Shown one piece after another: positions 56,342 to 64,000 of a DNA stretch of 64,000 nucleotides. The notes below the pieces were generated by a model, which did not search any database, was not told the origin of the DNA, and saw nothing but the letters and a program-made list of their open reading frames with translations. Position 1 is the stretch's first letter. Every line of letters starts with the position of its first letter. The position numbers and the translations under genes were made by a program. This DNA is from Hormiphora californensis (Eukaryota; Animalia; Ctenophora), in assembly GCA_020137815.1 (NCBI GenBank), contig CM035360.1:3658001-3722000 (forward strand), in the 5' to 3' direction.

Positions 56342-57378
56342 CCAGCTCCCTCTCTCTAATTGTCAGGGCTAGTGAGCTGCCTTACTTGTCTGGCCAAATG
56401 TGGTCATCTTACTCAATATTTCTTCTGTAGCAATACACATTTAGGCTCGGTTATTTTATTTGCTTTTATTGGTTTCTGGATCTTGTTTTGGCTCCCAAGT
56501 TCCAATCGCTTTATCTAACAGCACATTCTCTTTTGGTTCCTTTCTAATTTTAATTTTCAAGATCTTTTTCACAACCTTTTTTATAATCACAGTGCTGCTC
56601 TAGCAATAGCATGAGAACAGAAGCGTTTGACTAATTGTACCTACCTATACTCTATGCCCATGTAGGGACGAGGAGTTGGGGTGATATCAAACTCAACTGG
56701 AGAGTAGAGCGGTACCGTCCTCGTACCTGTTGAGAGGGGGGTTTATCAATATGTGTCAATACTCTTGAAGCTAGATAAAGAAATAAGTGAGAGATAGAGG
56801 AATGGAGAGAGAGAGGAAGAGAGAGAGATATTCAATATGCATATTAGAAAGTAGAACCATATAAGAATTGGGAGGCATTATCTAGTAGAGAGAAGAGCTG
56901 AATGTGTCAAAAGATAGCAAGATAGTCAAGATTTGAGATTTCAAATACGGTAGTCAATTTAATTTCAAGAGAGATAGAGTAGTCAAGAGGAAGATAATAA
57001 GGGGTTGTCGGGTGTGCTGTCAGAAGTGGGGGCTTGTCGTACTAGTCGGATTCTTCAGTTTCTACCCTCCGCTTTGTCTTGCAATCTCTCTCATATATCG
57101 TTCTCACAATGAGCTCAAACAGTGTTCAATTTTCTCTCCCCACCCCCAATCTCATTATGTGCTTGCTCCAAGGTTGTGTGTGTGTGTAAAACAGTGAAGA
57201 CGACCTCTCTCAGGAGCTTAGGGGTTGATTTGAGTGGACTTGTATTGTGTTCTGTATGCGTTTGATTGGTTGGTAAACAGTGTTTAGGTGTTTAGGACTT
57301 AGGTGTTACTACAGTTTGCAGTCTTGTGATACATAAGTGGCCATATTTGCTATTGTAAAAACGAACTAAGTATTTAGT

Positions 57379-60300
57379 GGAAGTAATTTTGATATCTCCT
57401 TCTGGTGCTGATACACACTCACACGCCCTCCGTACAACGGTTATATAGGGGAATCTCACACACACACGGGCAGATCTCGGTCAAGGAGAGATTAATTGAT
57501 TATTCAGAATAAAGAGATCTGAGCAAGAATTAAATAGGGAAGAAAATCGAAAAATACTGGGTTCGACCGGGAATTGAACCAGGGACCTCCAGAGAGACGC
57601 GCTCGATGCTCTACCACTGAGCTACCGAACCCCTGTACAGATCGCATTTCTTCACACTATATTCAAGCACATGCCCTTAGCTAGACACCATGTGATAGAG
57701 GAAGTAATTTTGATATCTCCTTCTGGTGCTGATACACACTCACACGCCCTCCGTACAACGGTTATATAGGGGAATCTCACACACACACGGGCAGATCTCG
57801 GTCAAGGAGAGATTAATTGATTATTCAGAATAAAGAGATCTGAGCAAGAATTAAATAGGGAAGAAAATCGAAAAATACTGGGTTCGACCGGGAATTGAAC
57901 CAGGGACCTCCAGAGAGACGCGCTCGATGCTCTACCACTGAGCTACCGAACCCCTGTACAGATCGCATTTCTTCACACTATATTCAAGCACATGCCCTTA
58001 GCTAGACACCATGTGATAGAGGAAGTAATTTTGATATCTCCTTCTGGTGCTGATACACACTCACACGCCCTCCGTACAACGGTTATATAGGGGAATCTCA
58101 CACACACACGGGCAGATCTCGGTCAAGGAGAGATTAATTGATTATTCAGAATAAAGAGATCTGAGCAAGAATTAAATAGGGAAGAAAATCGAAAAATACT
58201 GGGTTCGACCGGGAATTGAACCAGGGACCTCCAGAGAGACGCGCTCGATGCTCTACCACTGAGCTACCGAACCCCTGTACAGATCGCATTTCTTCACACT
58301 ATATTCAAGCACATGCCCTTAGCTAGACACCATGTGATAGAGGAAGTAATTTTGATATCTCCTTCTGGTGCTGATACACACTCACACGCCCTCCGTACAA
58401 CGGTTATATAGGGGAATCTCACACACACACGGGCAGATCTCGGTCAAGGAGAGATTAATTGATTATTCAGAATAAAGAGATCTGAGCAAGAATTAAATAG
58501 GGAAGAAAATCGAAAAATACTGGGTTCGACCGGGAATTGAACCAGGGACCTCCAGAGAGACGCGCTCGATGCTCTACCACTGAGCTACCGAACCCCTGTA
58601 CAGATCGCATTTCTTCACACTATATTCAAGCACATGCCCTTAGCTAGACACCATGTGATAGAGGAAGTAATTTTGATATCTCCTTCTGGTGCTGATACAC
58701 ACTCACACGCCCTCCGTACAACGGTTATATAGGGGAATCTCACACACACACGGGCAGATCTCGGTCAAGGAGAGATTAATTGATTATTCAGAATAAAGAG
58801 ATCTGAGCAAGAATTAAATAGGGAAGAAAATCGAAAAATACTGGGTTCGACCGGGAATTGAACCAGGGACCTCCAGAGAGACGCGCTCGATGCTCTACCA
58901 CTGAGCTACCGAACCCCTGTACAGATCGCATTTCTTCACACTATATTCAAGCACATGCCCTTAGCTAGACACCATGTGATAGAGGAAGTAATTTTGATAT
59001 CTCCTTCTGGTGCTGATACACACTCACACGCCCTCCGTACAACGGTTATATAGGGGAATCTCACACACACACGGGCAGATCTCGGTCAAGGAGAGATTAA
59101 TTGATTATTCAGAATAAAGAGATCTGAGCAAGAATTAAATAGGGAAGAAAATCGAAAAATACTGGGTTCGACCGGGAATTGAACCAGGGACCTCCAGAGA
59201 GACGCGCTCGATGCTCTACCACTGAGCTACCGAACCCCTGTACAGATCGCATTTCTTCACACTATATTCAAGCACATGCCCTTAGCTAGACACCATGTGA
59301 TAGAGGAAGTAATTTTGATATCTCCTTCTGGTGCTGATACACACTCACACGCCCTCCGTACAACGGTTATATAGGGGAATCTCACACACACACGGGCAGA
59401 TCTCGGTCAAGGAGAGATTAATTGATTATTCAGAATAAAGAGATCTGAGCAAGAATTAAATAGGGAAGAAAATCGAAAAATACTGGGTTCGACCGGGAAT
59501 TGAACCAGGGACCTCCAGAGAGACGCGCTCGATGCTCTACCACTGAGCTACCGAACCCCTGTACAGATCGCATTTCTTCACACTATATTCAAGCACATGC
59601 CCTTAGCTAGACACCATGTGATAGAGGAAGTAATTTTGATATCTCCTTCTGGTGCTGATACACACTCACACGCCCTCCGTACAACGGTTATATAGGGGAA
59701 TCTCACACACACACGGGCAGATCTCGGTCAAGGAGAGATTAATTGATTATTCAGAATAAAGAGATCTGAGCAAGAATTAAATAGGGAAGAAAATCGAAAA
59801 TACTGGGTTTGGCCGGGAATTGAACCAGGGACCTCCAGAGAGACGCGCTCGATGCTCTACCACTGAGCTACCGAACCCCTGTACAGATCGCATTTCTTCA
59901 CACTATATTCAAGCACATGCCCTTAGCTAGACACCATGTGATAGAGGAAGTAATTTTGATATCTCCTTCTGGTGCTGATACACACTCACACGCCCTCCGT
60001 ACAACGGTTATATAGGGGAATCTCACACACACACGGGCAGATCTCGGTCAAGGAGAGATTAATTGATTATTCAGAATAAAGAGATCTGAGCAAGAATTAA
60101 ATAGGGAAGAAAATCGAAAAATACTGGGTTCGACCGGGAATTGAACCAGGGACCTCCAGAGAGACGCGCTCGATGCTCTACCACTGAGCTACCGAACCCC
60201 TGTACAGATCGCATTTCTTCACACTATATTCAAGCACATGCCCTTAGCTAGACACCATGTGATAGAGGAAGTAATTTTGATATCTCCTTCTGGTGCTGAT

Positions 60301-61340
60301 ACACACTCACACGCCCTCCGTACAACGGTTATATAGGGGAATCTCACACACACACGGGCAGATCTCGGTCAAGGAGAGATTAATTGATTATTCAGAATAA
60401 AGAGATCTGAGCAAGAATTAAATAGGGAAGAAAATCGAAAAATACTGGGTTCGACCGGGAATTGAACCAGGGACCTCCAGAGAGACGCGCTCGATGCTCT
60501 ACCACTGAGCTACCGAACCCCTGTACAGATCGCATTTCTTCACACTATATTCAAGCACATGCCCTTAGCTAGACACCATGTGATAGAGGAAGTAATTTTG
60601 ATATCTCCTTCTGGTGCTGATACACACTCACACGCCCTCCGTACAACGGTTATATAGGGGAATCTCACACACACACGGGCAGATCTCGGTCAAGGAGAGA
60701 TTAATTGATTATTCAGAATAAAGAGATCTGAGCAAGAATTAAATAGGGAAGAAAATCGAAAAATACTGGGTTCGACCGGGAATTGAACCAGGGACCTCCA
60801 GAGAGACGCGCTCGATGCTCTACCACTGAGCTACCGAACCCCTGTACAGATCGCATTTCTTCACACTATATTCAAGCACATGCCCTTAGCTAGACACCAT
60901 GTGATAGAGGAAGTAATTTTGATATCTCCTTCTGGTGCTGATACACACTCACACGCCCTCCGTACAACGGTTATATAGGGGAATCTCACACACACACGGG
61001 CAGATCTCGGTCAAGGAGAGATTAATTGATTATTCAGAATAAAGAGATCTGAGCAAGAATTAAATAGGGAAGAAAATCGAAAAATACTGGGTTCGACCGG
61101 GAATTGAACCAGGGACCTCCAGAGAGACGCGCTCGATGCTCTACCACTGAGCTACCGAACCCCTGTACAGATCGCATTTCTTCACACTATATTCAAGCAC
61201 ATGCCCTTAGCTAGACACCATGTGATAGAGGAAGTAATTTTGATATCTCCTTCTGGTGCTGATACACACTCACACGCCCTCCGTACAACAATTTTTCGAT
61301 TTTCTTCCCTATTTAATTCTTGCTCAGATCTCTTTATTCT
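57379..61340 (-). repeat. Tandem array of a 321-bp tRNA-like unit (12 full copies + 60-bp partial + 50-bp inverted terminal segment), flanked by a 14-bp direct repeat
   Basis: Unit starts at 57379, 57700, 58021, 58342, 58663, 58984, 59305, 59626, 59946, 60267, 60588, 60909; partial unit 61230-61289. 61291-61340 is the reverse complement of unit segment 57506-57555. CTAAGTATTTAGTG at 57366-57379 and 61339-61352. Confidence 0.95.
57559..57632 (-). ncRNA. tRNA-like (tRNA-Cys-resembling) Pol III gene with non-canonical anticodon loop; first of 12 copies
   Basis: Minus strand GGGTTCGG TA GCTC AGTGGTA GAGC A TCGAG CGCGTCT CTCtGG AGGTC CCTGG TTCAATT CCCGG TCGAACCC followed by AGTATTTTT. A-box, B-box, paired acceptor stem and T5 terminator are intact; the loop lacks U33 and purine-37. 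Other copies start at 57880, 58201, 58522, 58843, 59164, 59485, 59805, 60126, 60447, 60768, 61089. Confidence 0.8.
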
Positions 61341-61547
61341 AAGTATTTAGTGCTTTAAAAAGCATGTCCAAGGTGGACTCTTCCTTTCAAAAATAGCTCA
61401 CTACAACTGGAGTACTAAAATGCTTTTGGACTGTTTTAAGATATGTATTGAAGACTCGTTCGAAGGTAAAAACTTTAAGATCAAAGATCGGTGCTACAGG
61501 TTTTGAAGACTAGGTAGACTCTACTGCGCTAGGTTTATAGTAGAACT

Positions 61548-61814
61548 CTAAAGGTTTTGTAGAATTCCAAAAGACTTCAGATACACGGCACACGGTAAAA
61601 CCGCTAATTTGTTACGTTGTCTTTTGTCCCGTGCAGTAGTTGTTGTAGCTCTAGATGTCCCTGTTACTGAGACTCGCTCCGGATATTCGGGTATGGTCGG
61701 TAAAATAACCTGACCTCGATCCTCTACGTCATGATCGTGTTCCCCTCCTGACCCTGTGACGTCATCGCGACCCTCCACAATCGTGGACAGCATCCTTTCA
61801 ACAACCCGGGCCAT
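61548..61814 (-). CDS. Possible short ORF/exon of unknown function
   Basis: 88-aa ATG-initiated ORF (MARVVERMLSTIVEGRDDVTGSGG...) with coding-like composition; no homology recognised. Confidence 0.25.
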   Translation of the reverse strand: MARVVERMLSTIVEGRDDVTGSGGEHDHDVEDRGQVILPTIPEYPERVSVTGTSRATTTTARDKRQRNKLAVLPCAVYLKSFGILQNL

Positions 61815-62490
61815 TGGTATAGTGCTTTCTGCTCCAATACCGGCCGATCAAAATGTATTATATCTCCAAGGGTAGATATCAAAATGGTTGCAATGTTTCG
61901 GCAAAGAAAGCTATACACCGTGTGAGAAGAGCTAATGCACTATAACATAAAGATGACAAAGCAGAGGAGATAAAACCCACCCACACACACACACACTTTG
62001 TAATTTTAACAAATCCACCATCTCGTTCATTCTCCCCCCACTCATAAGACGATTTTAAAAGGTGTGATATAATAGCGAACGTGGGGGTGCAACCTAGCAA
62101 AGCATGCATCATTATAGAGAGACATATATGATATTAACCGCATATAAAATACTGGTGAGAGAGAGAGACCCATGGTTAATATCTCTCTTCACTTAGAGAC
62201 CGTCCAATGAGCTGCACAGATCAGGTGCTTGTTAATCTGTCATACAATCTTGTCAAGTGTAGGAAACTTTAAAGTTGAACTCTAAAGGATTTGTCCTACC
62301 TGGGTGCTTGTTACCAATTGAACTTGACAACCAATATCGTTTTGTGTACTGTGAACTCAAAAAACAACGCTACCATCGGAGAGGAAAGTGTTACGAAAGA
62401 GAGTCGGTTCTATAGCATGTACGGCGGGTGTTGTTTAAACTAAAAGAACTACCAGTTTTACTGTGCCATCCTCTTTTTTCTATCTCTCAA

Positions 62491-62592
<102 letters not shown>

Positions 62593-62767
62593 CATGTCAC
62601 CTATATATCGCACACACAATCACACAAAGTACACGGGGGCACATGAGTAGCTTACTATGAATTGTCTGTGGAAGATAGAAAGTACGGAGGTCGAAAAGAT
62701 GAAAGGAATATGAAGAAAAGGTATCTTTTTCTACCTCTCTCTTTTCTCTCTCTCTCTCTCTCTCTCT

Positions 62768-62825
<58 letters not shown>

Positions 62826-63257
62826 TTCATTCTTTTCATCTTTTTGACCTTCGTACTTCGGAGCTTCCATCTAGAGATGGAGCGAAAATGAAATAGATAT
62901 CTGAGCAACTACATTGTATAGATGGTAACACACACGGAGTAGTGGGGAGGCTATATCAACTAAACGTGTTACTAAGTTAAAAAGATCTGTGACGCAGTGG
63001 CGAAGCTTGGGTGGCTCGAATGGTTTAACTAAATCCCGCCCCCGTACTACACAGAAAAACACGTGTTTTATAGCGATCTCGTTCTGGTTTTATATCAAGT
63101 TAGATTTGTATGGATTGTACACACTTTAATCACGTGACGGGTATCGCGTGACTGGTAACGCGTTACTTTTGTTGTTATCTTATCTTTGTAATTCTTGTTG
63201 TCACCACTATCATGATCCGTGACACTTCTACCAGCCTGTTATACCGGTATAGGTTTC

Positions 63258-63293
<36 letters not shown>

Positions 63294-63383
63294 TAATCTA
63301 ACTCCAGGTGGCTAGCTCCTCTCCAGCGTTCGTAATGCGGTTATCCATGGTGATCTTCTAGAGTTCTCTCTCTTTATAATTCA

Positions 63384-63435
<52 letters not shown>

Positions 63436-64000
63436 CCTTTCTATCTCTCTCTCCCTTTCCCAGATCTTGGTGTGTAACCTGATACTAGATTCAGTGTCTG
63501 AGGGAGAGAAAGTGATCTTTTCGTTTGTGTGTGTGGGCATCTGGCGGGCCGCTCCTTTTTAAACATTCGCCCAAAACTCTCCGTTCCTGGGACCTCTTTG
63601 AGACACTTTTGACTCTTCTTTGACCTCCTAACATTCTTTCTGCATTGTTTTTCCGCATTTCCCAAACCCAAATCCCTGTTTCCCCATTTCCCAAATTCCT
63701 GTCCCCCTTAGCTGACTATTGATTATCGACCATTACATTACTAACCTCGTGACTTCTCTCTTAGCCATGTCCCATTTGTTGTTCAGTTTTATCCTCCTCA
63801 ATGTATTATCACTGACAATACAAGGTAAGAGAGTGTGTGAGACGTGTGTGTGTGTAGCAGCCGATTTGAAGCCGTGTGAGCCATCTTTTACCAGCTGATT
63901 CAAAGCTATATTTGTTCATATAATTTGTTTAAAAAAGCAACGTTTTTGTGTGCTAGCTGTTACAAGCCGTTTGTGCTATTTTTCAGCAACTGATCCTCCT

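Noticed and set aside
57559-57632. Functional tRNA-Thr(CGT) gene cluster
   Set aside because: The nominal anticodon CGT sits in a loop lacking U33 and purine-37, with a bulged anticodon stem and a T-stem mismatch; the body resembles tRNA-Cys rather than Thr.
57379-57699. Hammerhead retrozyme or tandem TRIM/LTR element
   Set aside because: No CTGANGA core on either strand; no TG...CA LTR ends, and a 14-bp flanking duplication is too long for LTR integrases.
57379-61289. CRISPR array
   Set aside because: Units are identical over their full length with no unique spacers; eukaryotic context and no cas genes.

Overview
Eukaryotic, intron-rich animal DNA with abundant (CT)n/(GA)n microsatellites. 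The gene style, repeat families and one lineage-restricted domain suggest a ctenophore (Pleurobrachia-like); that assignment is inference. Contents in order: (1) the 3' part of a very large multi-immunoglobulin cell-surface protein gene (<1-13065) ending in one 5.5-kb exon, with a Merlin-like foldback element in an intron; (2) a low-quality homopolymer-rich stretch (~18-21 kb); (3) a 3-exon secreted 11-cysteine cystine-knot gene of bursicon/CTCK type (26383-27462) that the ORF track does not reveal; (4) MITEs and palindromes, plus a Kolobok-like TTAA element whose empty site is visible in a neighbouring duplication; (5) a spliced N4BP2-like gene (P-loop kinase, CUE, DUF1771, Smr; ~34.3-50.6 kb) whose large intron holds an antisense secreted sushi-domain gene and CR1-type LINE remnants; (6) an unknown minus-strand gene (~51.4-53.5 kb); (7) the most striking feature, 12 near-identical 321-bp units each carrying a tRNA-like gene with a non-decoding anticodon loop. 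The whole array is bracketed by a 14-bp direct repeat and ends in a 50-bp inverted segment, so it looks like a tRNA-like concatemer inserted as one mobile unit.
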